From positions 1,787-65,786 of the forward strand of contig JAZNNQ010000002.1 of the NCBI GenBank assembly GCA_045580305.1: a stretch of 64,000 nucleotides of DNA. The letters run 5' to 3'. Source of the stretch: Eubacteriales bacterium (GTDB lineage: Bacteria; Bacillota; Clostridia; Oscillospirales; JAAYXM01). The position numbers were made by a program, and so were the translations under genes. The notes beneath the pieces were generated by a model. It made no database searches. It had not been told where the DNA came from and saw nothing but the letters and a program-made list of their open reading frames with translations. Positions 1 to 7,933 of the stretch are shown piece after piece. Each line of letters begins with the position of its first letter. The stretch's first letter is position 1.

Positions 1-337
1 GATCGGCTTCTTAGGCTGCATCTTCTGCATCGGCGGTACCTTTGATATGCTGACAAATCTCGCGGTCTTCTCCTGCTGGATATTCTACACGCTCACCTTC
101 GCGGCGGTTATGACCTGGCGCAGAAAGCATCCGGAAATCGAGCGAAAGTACAAGGTGCCTTTCTATCCGGTCATTCCGATTTTGGCGATTATAAGCGGCG
201 TTTATGTTATCTTAAGCCAGATCTTCTGGTCGGGTGCGGCGGCAACTCAGCTCTCTGCCGGAAGTATTGTCGCGACCCTCATAGGACTGCCCATCTACTT
301 CTTAGTTAAAAAATACTATAAATCCAAAGAACAGTAA
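1..337 (+). CDS. amino-acid permease (APC-type), C-terminal fragment; 5' end lies outside the window
   Basis: The frame is open from the window edge. The tail is rich in TM helices (FSCWIFYTLTFAAVMTWRRKHPEIERKYKVPFYPVIPILAIISGVYVI), typical of APC permease C-termini. A terminator follows. Confidence 0.5.
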   Translation, partial: IGFLGCIFCIGGTFDMLTNLAVFSCWIFYTLTFAAVMTWRRKHPEIERKYKVPFYPVIPILAIISGVYVILSQIFWSGAAATQLSAGSIVATLIGLPIYFLVKKYYKSKEQ

Positions 338-339
338 TA

Positions 340-368
340 AAAAAGCCACCGTTTCGGTGGCTTTTTCT
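340..368 (+). terminator. rho-independent terminator
   Basis: Hairpin agccaccg-tttc-ggtggct followed by a T-run, directly after the stop codon. Confidence 0.8.
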
Positions 369-391
369 GTTGGGAATTTTGGCGAAAATTG

Positions 392-420
392 TTGAAAAAG
401 TAATCCTTCGGTGCTATAAT
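392..420 (+). promoter_or_regulatory. sigma-A type promoter (TTGAAA-17 nt-TATAAT, extended -10 TGn)
   Basis: ttgaaa at 392-397, 17-nt spacer, tgc-tataat at 412-420. Near-perfect consensus. Confidence 0.65.
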
Positions 421-441
421 CATATATGCTAGATACTTAAG

Positions 442-461
442 TTACAATGGGTATATTGTAA
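442..461. promoter_or_regulatory. perfect palindrome TTACAAT-N6-ATTGTAA, candidate operator for the WYL regulator
   Basis: 7-bp inverted half-sites read directly, located just downstream of the predicted transcription start. Confidence 0.4.
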
Positions 462-571
462 TTTTGTGTTGCGAAGAATATGTTACGGAAAAAACATACC
501 CCCTGACATACTTTGCAACATAAGTAATTTAAGTGTCTAGCAACCTTAAGCGTCAGAGGGCGATGTTTTTC

Positions 572-605
572 ATGCGTGGTCCTTCGGGGCTGCGCATTTT
601 TTATT
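572..605 (+). terminator. intrinsic terminator / attenuator hairpin inside the leader of the WYL operon
   Basis: atgcgtggtcc-ttcg-ggggctgcgcat, a UUCG-capped stem, followed by TTTTTT (597-602). It lies 80 nt upstream of the regulator ATG. Confidence 0.5.
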
Positions 606-683
606 ATACTTTTTCAGGCGGACATACACCTGTCTGTGTAATTTTATATAATACAATAAAATTACGAAAAGGGATGATTTTCA

Positions 684-1661
684 ATGGAGAATACAAAACA
701 GTACAGAATACTTGAAATCTTTTTCAGAGGCCTGCGAGGCGAGGATATATCGGTTCGTAAGCTTGCTGATGAGTACAATGTGTCCACAAAAAGCGTAAGC
801 CGCAGTATAAGCGAGCTGAAAAACTTTTTAGCGGACAACCGGGAGCTTGTGGGCAATACCGAACTGGAATATTCCTATCAGGACAAGTGCTACCGCCTGT
901 ATATGGATGAATTTTTGAGCAGTAAGGAGCTTTTTGCACTTGTTGAGGTGATGATCGGCGCCCGGGCATTTTCCCGAGAGGAGCTTTTAGAGATTACCGC
1001 AAAATTAAAGCGCTTTACAACGCCGGGTGACTCGCGTATGCTGAGCGAGCTTATCCGTAAGGAGCTGTATCATTACCCCGAGGTAAAGCACGATTGCGAG
1101 CGTGTGCAGGACAACCTCTGGCAGCTGATAAACTGCATAACCGAAAAAAAGGAGATTTCCATCGATTATTATAAGATGGACAGAACCTTTGTAACCCATA
1201 GGGTCTACCCGCTGTCGGTAATGTTCACGGACTATTATTTTTACCTTATCGCCGCAAAAAGCGGTGATGTGAGCAAGCCGGTGTACTTCAGGGTTGACAG
1301 AATAAAATACATAACCGAACACAGAAAAAAGAGCGAAAGATACATACCCGAATTTGACGAAGGCGTGCTCAGAAAGAGGAGCCTTTTTATGTGGCCGGGC
1401 AAGCTCCGCACGATACGGTTTGAATTTTCCGGGCCGTCGGTACAAGCGGTGCTGGACAAGCTGCCCACCGCGAAAATTATTGAGCGTATGGGAAACAAGC
1501 GATACTTGATTGAGGCGGAAACCTACGGCGACGGAATTAAGATGTGGCTGCTCAGTCAGGGGTCATGGGTAAAGGTCACCTCGCCTGCGGACTTTGTAGA
1601 AGAAATGAAAACCGAGCTTAAAAAAATGCTAAAGCTTTATAAAAAAGGGGATAAAAAATGA
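684..1661 (+). CDS. HTH-WYL domain transcriptional regulator (BrxR/CapW-like class)
   Basis: 325 aa. N-terminal HTH (ISVRKLADEYNVSTKSVSRSISEL) and a WYL-type region (VYPLSVMFTDYYFYLIAA..VYFRVDRI). ATGA overlap with the next gene. Confidence 0.8.
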   Translation: MENTKQYRILEIFFRGLRGEDISVRKLADEYNVSTKSVSRSISELKNFLADNRELVGNTELEYSYQDKCYRLYMDEFLSSKELFALVEVMIGARAFSREELLEITAKLKRFTTPGDSRMLSELIRKELYHYPEVKHDCERVQDNLWQLINCITEKKEISIDYYKMDRTFVTHRVYPLSVMFTDYYFYLIAAKSGDVSKPVYFRVDRIKYITEHRKKSERYIPEFDEGVLRKRSLFMWPGKLRTIRFEFSGPSVQAVLDKLPTAKIIERMGNKRYLIEAETYGDGIKMWLLSQGSWVKVTSPADFVEEMKTELKKMLKLYKKGDKK

Positions 1662-2161
1662 TTAACAAAGAGGTTGAAAAGCAGTACAACGATGTCCGGA
1701 TGTCTTTGGAAAACGCGCTGGAGCAGGCAAGTTCCATAGAAGTTTCCGGCGATGAAGAGAATGTAGAATTATCTCAGATCATAAAGACCTTGGAAACACT
1801 CAACGACGGATTTAAAGAGGAAATTGAGAAGCTGAAAAACTCAAGTGAGTGGGACAAGTTCTGTATTGCCTTTTTCGGCGAAACAAACGCCGGCAAATCA
1901 ACCGTAATCGAGTCGCTTAGAATAATTTACGATGAGGAAACACGGCGTGCGGAAGCGCTGGCACAAGAGAAGAAATATCATAGCGCGCTGAGCGAGCATT
2001 GCCAAGAGTATGAAAAGCTCATAACATCTCTTGAGGAGGTAAATACCGCGCTTAAAAGCAAACGCGGTAAAAAAACCCAGAAGATATTAAGTCTTGCTTT
2101 TGGCGTTGTGGGCATAGCGATCGGACTGGTTCTTGCCAATGCGGGGATAATCACATGGTAA
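1658..2161 (+). CDS. tail-anchored coiled-coil protein carrying only the G1 P-loop of a dynamin-like GTPase (N-terminal piece of a split DLP)
   Basis: 167 aa. G1 motif FFGETNAGKSTVIESL flanked by coiled coil, with a C-terminal TM helix ILSLAFGVVGIAIGLVLANAGIITW. No G3 or G4 motif in this ORF. Confidence 0.7.
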   Translation: MINKEVEKQYNDVRMSLENALEQASSIEVSGDEENVELSQIIKTLETLNDGFKEEIEKLKNSSEWDKFCIAFFGETNAGKSTVIESLRIIYDEETRRAEALAQEKKYHSALSEHCQEYEKLITSLEEVNTALKSKRGKKTQKILSLAFGVVGIAIGLVLANAGIITW

Positions 2162-3780
2162 AGAATAAAACTAAAGCAGCGGTAGCGACCTTCATTGAAA
2201 ATGAGAAGGCGTTCTATGACTCACTGAAGAAAATAACAGCATTGGAAAGCGATCTGGGTTGTGTTGACGGAAAGATAATCGGTACGGGTCAGCCGGATTA
2301 TACTCAGGGCTCTACCGAGTATAAACTCGTCGTGGATAACAAAGACTTTTTGCTTATTGACATTCCGGGAATTGAAGGTAAAGAAAAGGAATATAAGAAG
2401 ATAATTTTAAACTCCTTGGAAAAAGCCCATTTGATTTTCTATGTTAACGGTTCGGGCAAAAAGGCGGAAAAGAAGACCCTTGAGAGAATAAAGGCATATA
2501 TGCACGACGGAACATCCGTATATGCACTTTTCAATGTGCATTGTAAGGCCAAGAAAAAAAGAGTCCCGGGCATAGACAAGTCATATACGGAAGAGCTTGC
2601 AGAGGCATATAAGGTGCAGGGCGAGATTGCCGCCCAGACCGAGGCGGAATTCAAGCCGTTTTTGGGTGAGAATTTTAAGGGTAGTGTTTTGCTAAACGGT
2701 CTGCTGTCTTTCTGCTCCTTGGCAGCGGATGGCGACGGAAGTACAACTATCGTCAACGATGAAGAAAAAACCTTGAGAAACGATCAAGTAAAGCTTTTAA
2801 AAGAATACTCGGGCGATTTTGAGCAAATGAGAAGGGAGAGCCACATCGAACTTGTAGAGGATGTTATTGCCCGACACATAGAGCATTTTGATGAATATAT
2901 TATCGAGGAAAACTTAAAAAAGCTGAGAGTGCGTCTTGCCGATACAGTCAGCAAGGTGGAAAGCCTGAAAAAGATCGAGAGCGAGAAAATTAAAAATTTC
3001 CTGAGCGACTATGACGATTTTGAACGCCACTGCAAAAATGCCAAATATGACTTCACCCACACCATACAGCGGATAGGAAGAACAGAGGTGGAATCCGCTT
3101 TTATCGGGGTGAGGGAGGAACTGTTTGATGCGGTTGAGAAAAACGGCGGTAAAATCAAGAAAGAGCAAATTTCTGAGATCTTTGACAAGAGGAAAAACAA
3201 AATAACCAAGGATATAGAAAAGGCGGTAAGCGATAAAGTCAACGAAGCGGCACACGACTACCAGAGCGCGGTCAAAGAGGCTGAAAAAAGACTTTTAAAG
3301 GATTTGCAGCGGGAGCAGAAAAAATTTAAAATCGCGATGCAGGCAAATGCACTAAATTTGGATACTTCTTTTTTAAATGCCCTGAAATTTTCATTTAAAG
3401 ACTTTACCGACGGCGCGATGAAAATCGGTAGATATATTTGGGATATGACTATTGCAATCCCTATCCCGATAATCGGAAGCATTGTCGGACTGTTAGTAGG
3501 ACTATTTGATGTTATATGGGGATGGATTATCTCCAAAGAAAAGCGAATTAACAGGGCAAAGGCGAAGCTGCAAGAGGCTCTCAACGATAAGATAGACGAA
3601 ATAGTGGATGAGATTAAGAAAAGCATAAAAAAGCATAAGCCGGAGGAACAGATCAAACGGGCTCATACCGAAATTCAAAACGGCATTGAGCGACAGCGTG
3701 CGACTCTGCGCGATATTGAAAAACTGCTTGATGTGGTAACATTAAATTTAAACAAAAGCGCTAAGGCGTTAGACAGGTAA
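2155..3780 (+). CDS. dynamin-like protein lacking a P-loop (G2/G3 + stalk + membrane hairpin; C-terminal piece of a split DLP)
   Basis: 541 aa. The start overlaps the previous stop (ATGGTAA). G3-like FLLIDIPGIEG, a long helical region, and a hydrophobic hairpin IAIPIPIIGSIVGLLVGLFDVIWGWII. Confidence 0.7.
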   Translation: MVKNKTKAAVATFIENEKAFYDSLKKITALESDLGCVDGKIIGTGQPDYTQGSTEYKLVVDNKDFLLIDIPGIEGKEKEYKKIILNSLEKAHLIFYVNGSGKKAEKKTLERIKAYMHDGTSVYALFNVHCKAKKKRVPGIDKSYTEELAEAYKVQGEIAAQTEAEFKPFLGENFKGSVLLNGLLSFCSLAADGDGSTTIVNDEEKTLRNDQVKLLKEYSGDFEQMRRESHIELVEDVIARHIEHFDEYIIEENLKKLRVRLADTVSKVESLKKIESEKIKNFLSDYDDFERHCKNAKYDFTHTIQRIGRTEVESAFIGVREELFDAVEKNGGKIKKEQISEIFDKRKNKITKDIEKAVSDKVNEAAHDYQSAVKEAEKRLLKDLQREQKKFKIAMQANALNLDTSFLNALKFSFKDFTDGAMKIGRYIWDMTIAIPIPIIGSIVGLLVGLFDVIWGWIISKEKRINRAKAKLQEALNDKIDEIVDEIKKSIKKHKPEEQIKRAHTEIQNGIERQRATLRDIEKLLDVVTLNLNKSAKALDR

Positions 3781-3798
3781 AAACAGGAGGGAAAGAAA

Positions 3799-5490
3799 GT
3801 GTACGATTTTAAACAGCATACCGAGAACAAAAACGAGCTTCTTGCCAGAATGGACAGCACAAAAGCAAAAATAATTGAGCTTGAAGAATTTGGAATTGAT
3901 ATAAGCGAATCCGTACAGAAAATCGAGAGCGCGAAAGAGATGGTGCGCAACGACAAGATTTCCATCGTATTGGTAGGTGCATTTTCCGACGGTAAAACCA
4001 GTGTTGCGGCAGGTTGGCTCAACGAAAAAATGGACAATATGAAGATTGATACCGATGAATCTTCGGATGAGATATTATGCTACACACCAAGCTCCATTCC
4101 CGAGGGTTGTCAGATTGTTGATACTCCCGGTTTGTTTGGCGACAAAAAAGAAAACGACGGAACGATCACTCTGTCTGAAAAAACAAAAAAATTCATAAGC
4201 GAGGCAAATATAGTTCTTTATGTGGTCACAGCTAAAAACCCACTTAAGGACAGCCACAAGGAATTTGTCAAAAAACTTTTAAAGGACTTAAATAAGCTGC
4301 CCACAACGATTTTTGTCATCAACCGCATGGACGATGTTGCGGATGTGACCGACGAGGAAGAGTATGCCAAACTCGCTAAGATAAAGTCGGATAACCTCCG
4401 CAGTAAGCTTCTTGAATGTGGATTAACCCCTGCAGAGGTTGAAGAGGTTAAAATCGCGTGCATAAGCGCGGCGCCCGACGGTGCAGGCATAGAGATGTGG
4501 AAGAACGACAGAGAAGAGTATTTAAGCAGATCCCATCTGCCTGCGTTGGAAAAGTTTACCAATGATATACTTGAAAATTCCCGCGAACATCTGATAGCAA
4601 AAACCGGCTGTGATGTTCTCAATGCGGAAATTAAGAAAAACTTATCCGCAATTGAAGTTATCGCCAACGAAATAGAAGTTGAAATTCTACCTGTACAGAA
4701 GGAAACCATTCGTCGCAACACCAAGGATTTGCAGCAGCTTCGCAAACGCTTATTGAGTAGCAGAAAAGCAATTCGCGAAGAACTCTACACACTGGAAAAG
4801 AGAAAACTTTCAGCAATAAGAGCGGCGGCGATGGAAAACTTCAAAGATGTCTTAGAGGAGGAAATTGGACTTCTTCCCCAAAATGAAGGCTATCGCTTAA
4901 ATCGGGAAATCAATGATATTTTCGAGAACTATTGTGATAAACACGGCAATTGGGCATGTGAACTGGGCAACTCATTTCAAACTGAATATAACAAGCAAAA
5001 TGATATGATGCAATCCATCCTTTCAAAAAGCGGAGGAGCTCTGAGGGGTGCCGGAAAGCTTGGCACAGATGTGTTCAAAAAAGGTATTTTTGCGGGTCGA
5101 GATCTGCTGGGCAAGCTTGGTAAGACAATAAAGTTCAAGCCCTGGCAGGTTACAAAAATGGCAAATTTCGCAACAAAAGCTCTGCCTGTTATCGGTGCCG
5201 GTATTGATATCGTGATGGGCATAGTAGATAATGTGACGGCAAAGAAGCGGAACAAGGAATTTGAAGCAAACAAGGATGAATTGAAAATGGAGATTGCAGC
5301 ATTATTCAAAACCGTTCAAGACTCTTTGGACGACGAGCAGGCATACTTGAATGATTTTGCACCCGGCTACAATGAACTTCTTGAGAAAATTGCTGAGGAC
5401 GAAGAGACTATGAAGGTAATGGAAAAACAGCTTTCAGGCTTTAAGAAGTGGGAAAAGAATGTTATCGATGTTGACTTTACGGTCTGCTAA
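3799..5490 (+). CDS. bacterial dynamin-like GTPase (complete G domain)
   Basis: 563 aa. GTG start 8 nt after AGGAGG. G1 LVGAFSDGKTSV, G3 IVDTPGLFG, G4 VINRMDDV, a helical stalk, and a paddle-like stretch KALPVIGAGIDIVMGIV. Confidence 0.8.
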   Translation: MYDFKQHTENKNELLARMDSTKAKIIELEEFGIDISESVQKIESAKEMVRNDKISIVLVGAFSDGKTSVAAGWLNEKMDNMKIDTDESSDEILCYTPSSIPEGCQIVDTPGLFGDKKENDGTITLSEKTKKFISEANIVLYVVTAKNPLKDSHKEFVKKLLKDLNKLPTTIFVINRMDDVADVTDEEEYAKLAKIKSDNLRSKLLECGLTPAEVEEVKIACISAAPDGAGIEMWKNDREEYLSRSHLPALEKFTNDILENSREHLIAKTGCDVLNAEIKKNLSAIEVIANEIEVEILPVQKETIRRNTKDLQQLRKRLLSSRKAIREELYTLEKRKLSAIRAAAMENFKDVLEEEIGLLPQNEGYRLNREINDIFENYCDKHGNWACELGNSFQTEYNKQNDMMQSILSKSGGALRGAGKLGTDVFKKGIFAGRDLLGKLGKTIKFKPWQVTKMANFATKALPVIGAGIDIVMGIVDNVTAKKRNKEFEANKDELKMEIAALFKTVQDSLDDEQAYLNDFAPGYNELLEKIAEDEETMKVMEKQLSGFKKWEKNVIDVDFTVC

Positions 5491-5528
5491 TTCGTGTAAA
5501 AAAATATACATAAAGGGGAGAAAGTACA

Positions 5529-6002
5529 ATGGGTAAAATGAAAGCAATAGGCAAGGGAATTGCCAAGGCGTGCAAATGGGCGTACAAGCATTCTAAGGAA
5601 ATCGGTACGGCGGCTAAAGTGGGCTTTGCGGCTTATGATGAAATCCGCAAAACGCGCCATAAAAATAAGGAAACCAAGCCGGAGCTGGAAGAAAGCGGCG
5701 CAACAACCACGGAAAACACGGTTGTCTATGACAAAAGTGCCGTCCTGGCAATAGCAAATCTGGAAAAACGCTGCGAAGAAAAGTGGAAAGCCCTGGAGGA
5801 GTTAAATGCCGACAGGGAAAAGGAAATTTTCGCATTGAGCAAGGATGTCGAGGGCCACATCCAGGAGCTTCGCGATGCGATTGAAACCTTGATAGCCGAA
5901 CAAGAAAAGATCAACAAGAAGCAGAGCCTTGGATTAACGCTGATAAGCGTTATAGGAGGTGTCGGTATAGTAGCGGCCATTATACTGGCTATTGTTCTGT
6001 AA
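5529..6002 (+). CDS. tail-anchored coiled-coil membrane protein, unknown function
   Basis: 157 aa. Basic amphipathic N-terminus, coiled-coil middle, C-terminal TM LTLISVIGGVGIVAAIILAIVL. RBS GGGGAG. Confidence 0.6.
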   Translation: MGKMKAIGKGIAKACKWAYKHSKEIGTAAKVGFAAYDEIRKTRHKNKETKPELEESGATTTENTVVYDKSAVLAIANLEKRCEEKWKALEELNADREKEIFALSKDVEGHIQELRDAIETLIAEQEKINKKQSLGLTLISVIGGVGIVAAIILAIVL

Positions 6003-6016
6003 AAGGGGGATATAAT

Positions 6017-6229
6017 ATGTCAGCAATTGTTGTTAATGTAAAACATATTAAGAAATGCGCCTTTTGCAGAAATTGGTATGATCCTACCAACAGCGCGATT
6101 TCTCCAAAATCCCCGTCAATCGGGTTGTGGGAGATAAAGGACATAAATCAGAAAAACACCTGTACTAAGAAAAACATCCCAATGGCGGCAAACGCTTTTT
6201 GCAGTTCTGATTTTGAGAGTAAAATATAG
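6017..6229 (+). CDS. small Cys-containing protein, unknown function
   Basis: 70 aa. RBS AGGGGG 6 nt upstream. CAFC motif plus two further Cys. Last gene before the terminator. Confidence 0.4.
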   Translation: MSAIVVNVKHIKKCAFCRNWYDPTNSAISPKSPSIGLWEIKDINQKNTCTKKNIPMAANAFCSSDFESKI

Positions 6230-6274
6230 CGAGCGGGTGGCATCTGCAAAAAACGAAAAGAAGCATAAAAACAG

Positions 6275-6310
6275 AAAATCCTCCGAAAACCCGGGGGATT
6301 TTATGTTTAT
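6275..6310 (+). terminator. probable rho-independent terminator closing the WYL-dynamin operon
   Basis: aaaatcctcc-gaaaaccc-gggggatttt stem-loop followed by T-rich sequence. Confidence 0.5.
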
Positions 6311-6336
6311 ACGGACACCTGTATGTCTGACTTGGG

Positions 6337-6345
6337 TGCTATAAT
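6337..6345 (+). promoter_or_regulatory. extended -10 element (TGcTATAAT)
   Basis: tgctataat read directly, about 27 nt upstream of the next ATG. The -35 is weak. Confidence 0.35.
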
Positions 6346-6371
6346 ATGTATGTAAAAGGGAGGTGAAGCGA

Positions 6372-6707
6372 ATGCTGAAATACGAAATCGCAAAAAGCAT
6401 ATACGAAGAAATCAAGGACAAAGTGGCTCATGACACGAGGGAAGGAGTAGAGGGCTTTTATAAGGATTTTTTAGTCAGCGCTTGTGAGTATGCAAAAAAT
6501 CGCATCGACTGGTCCTTTATGAATGGGGAAGAGAAACTGGAGGACGATGCGAGCAGATCAGTAAAGCATGACGCCTTTATGTCAAGACTTAAAGCGGTTT
6601 GCAGAGCGTTACAAATTGACGGAATTGAAGAACTTATGCCGGACAGAAAAACAAAAGGTGACTTTGCCTGTTACATAGCAATGTTCCTGGCATTGGAACA
6701 GCGTTAA
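6372..6707 (+). CDS. hypothetical helical protein
   Basis: ATG at 6372 lies 9 nt after GGGAGG. The track ORF begins at GTG 6363. No recognisable motif. Confidence 0.5.
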   Translation: MLKYEIAKSIYEEIKDKVAHDTREGVEGFYKDFLVSACEYAKNRIDWSFMNGEEKLEDDASRSVKHDAFMSRLKAVCRALQIDGIEELMPDRKTKGDFACYIAMFLALEQR

Positions 6708-6719
6708 GAAAGGAAAAAT

Positions 6720-7316
6720 ATGCCCAAAAACTGGAAGTATATCAAAAAACTGTTGGAGAAGGAGTTTCTCTGCGAAAAACTTAAGGGTCACATAACCTAT
6801 GACCTGACCGATTACAGACCTGCGCCCTGGTATCAGCAGCATTTCATTATGAAATACGATGATGAGGTTCTGCTTTGTGCATCGCAGCCCGACCGCAAGT
6901 GGGACAAGCGCCATCCATATCAGCATACCTATTGGAAGCAGCGGGATGTAATCGCCGAAAAGCTCCGCGAAAAATATGACCTGTCGGAGGAGCAGCTTGC
7001 GGATGTTGTTGAAGATACAATCGAAGAGGTGGACAGAATAAATGCCCATTACGACGGGGTGTTTGGCGTCAAGGACATTGTTGATCTTATCGGCGAGTAT
7101 CTTCATTCGGATATTGAAGCAAGTCTCGGATATCGGCAGGACTACTTCATTAACGCCCTCGCCGTACTTGACAGACGCTGCGGCAAGCGCAGGCTCGAGA
7201 AGCTTGCAAAAACGGACTGTGCGGGATTTCCCGAGTGGTTAAGGCGGATATGCAGGATACGCTTTGAAGCGGAAGGTGTAAGCTACAACAAATATTTTGA
7301 TATTGCAAGAATTTAA
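6720..7316 (+). CDS. hypothetical protein
   Basis: 198 aa, 12-nt gap from the previous gene. No motif I can assign. Confidence 0.5.
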   Translation: MPKNWKYIKKLLEKEFLCEKLKGHITYDLTDYRPAPWYQQHFIMKYDDEVLLCASQPDRKWDKRHPYQHTYWKQRDVIAEKLREKYDLSEEQLADVVEDTIEEVDRINAHYDGVFGVKDIVDLIGEYLHSDIEASLGYRQDYFINALAVLDRRCGKRRLEKLAKTDCAGFPEWLRRICRIRFEAEGVSYNKYFDIARI

Positions 7317-7329
7317 AGGAGTGTATTTT

Positions 7330-7881
7330 ATGTTAGGAAAAATCTTTTCATTACTGGTTGGTTTAGGTATCGGTACCGCGACCGTGAAGCTGATTTCGGA
7401 TAAAATTGCCGATAATGCAAAAAGCAATATTTTATCAATGCTCTACGCGGCAAGAAAACAATACGATGCAGGCGAACTCACCCAGCTGCAGTATGATGAA
7501 ACCCTGAAAATATTACATAAATCCGTAAGCGAAAAGGATAGAAAAGCGATAGACGAGGAGCTGGAAGAGAGGTATTTCATAGCTGAGGATATGTTAAATA
7601 CCCATATCGAGCTATTGGACGAGATCGAGGAGGCGGGAGCTGCCTCGCTGCAGGAATACATTGAAAAGCACCCGAATGATGCCTATATAAACGGCATTGT
7701 GGGCCTGGATGATTATGTATATGAAGAAGGTGAAAAGTCCCCGGAGGAGGCAGAACGCCTTTTGAAAAAATACATATATAATGTCGGAGAAGAGAAAAAA
7801 GAGCTGATAGCAGAGGTAAAGATGCTCGGCGGCGACATTGACAGAGTACAGCGCATATTTGATAAAATAACATTTGAATAA
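7330..7881 (+). CDS. N-terminally membrane-anchored acidic coiled-coil protein
   Basis: ATG 7330 lies 8 nt after AAGGAG. TM MLGKIFSLLVGLGIGTATVKLI followed by Glu-rich helices. Confidence 0.55.
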   Translation: MLGKIFSLLVGLGIGTATVKLISDKIADNAKSNILSMLYAARKQYDAGELTQLQYDETLKILHKSVSEKDRKAIDEELEERYFIAEDMLNTHIELLDEIEEAGAASLQEYIEKHPNDAYINGIVGLDDYVYEEGEKSPEEAERLLKKYIYNVGEEKKELIAEVKMLGGDIDRVQRIFDKITFE

Positions 7882-7888
7882 ATAATAA

Positions 7889-7930
7889 AGGGAGCGCCCG
7901 ACAAATCATCGGGCGCCCCCTTTTGTTTTA
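7889..7930 (+). terminator. rho-independent terminator
   Basis: GC-rich stem gggagcgcccga / tcgggcgccccc followed by ttttgtttt. Confidence 0.85.
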
Positions 7931-7933
7931 TAA

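Noticed and set aside
533-715. 60-aa + strand ORF in the leader of the WYL operon.
   Set aside because: It has no RBS, it spans the predicted terminator hairpin, and it overlaps the regulator start in another frame. The region is better explained as structured RNA.
2068-2161. The idea that the 167-aa/541-aa split is only a sequencing frameshift of one dynamin gene.
   Set aside because: The second gene's frame has a stop at 2068-2070, and its translation upstream of 2155 is not protein-like. The first gene's frame encodes a clean TM helix right up to its stop. I kept this as a caveat, since raw reads would settle it, but do not treat it as the primary interpretation.
4218-4745. Long antisense ORFs inside strong + strand genes. 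Examples: 4218-4745, 3258-3656, 22399-22953, 23241-23849, 38422-39111, 49447-49941, 50737-51114 and 60897-61328, all on the minus strand.
   Set aside because: They lie opposite genes with clear motifs (dynamin-like, TIR-STAND, Ade, Pyk, MutS2, ThiI). They have low-complexity Ser/Leu/Arg-rich translations and no RBS, so they are typical shadow ORFs.
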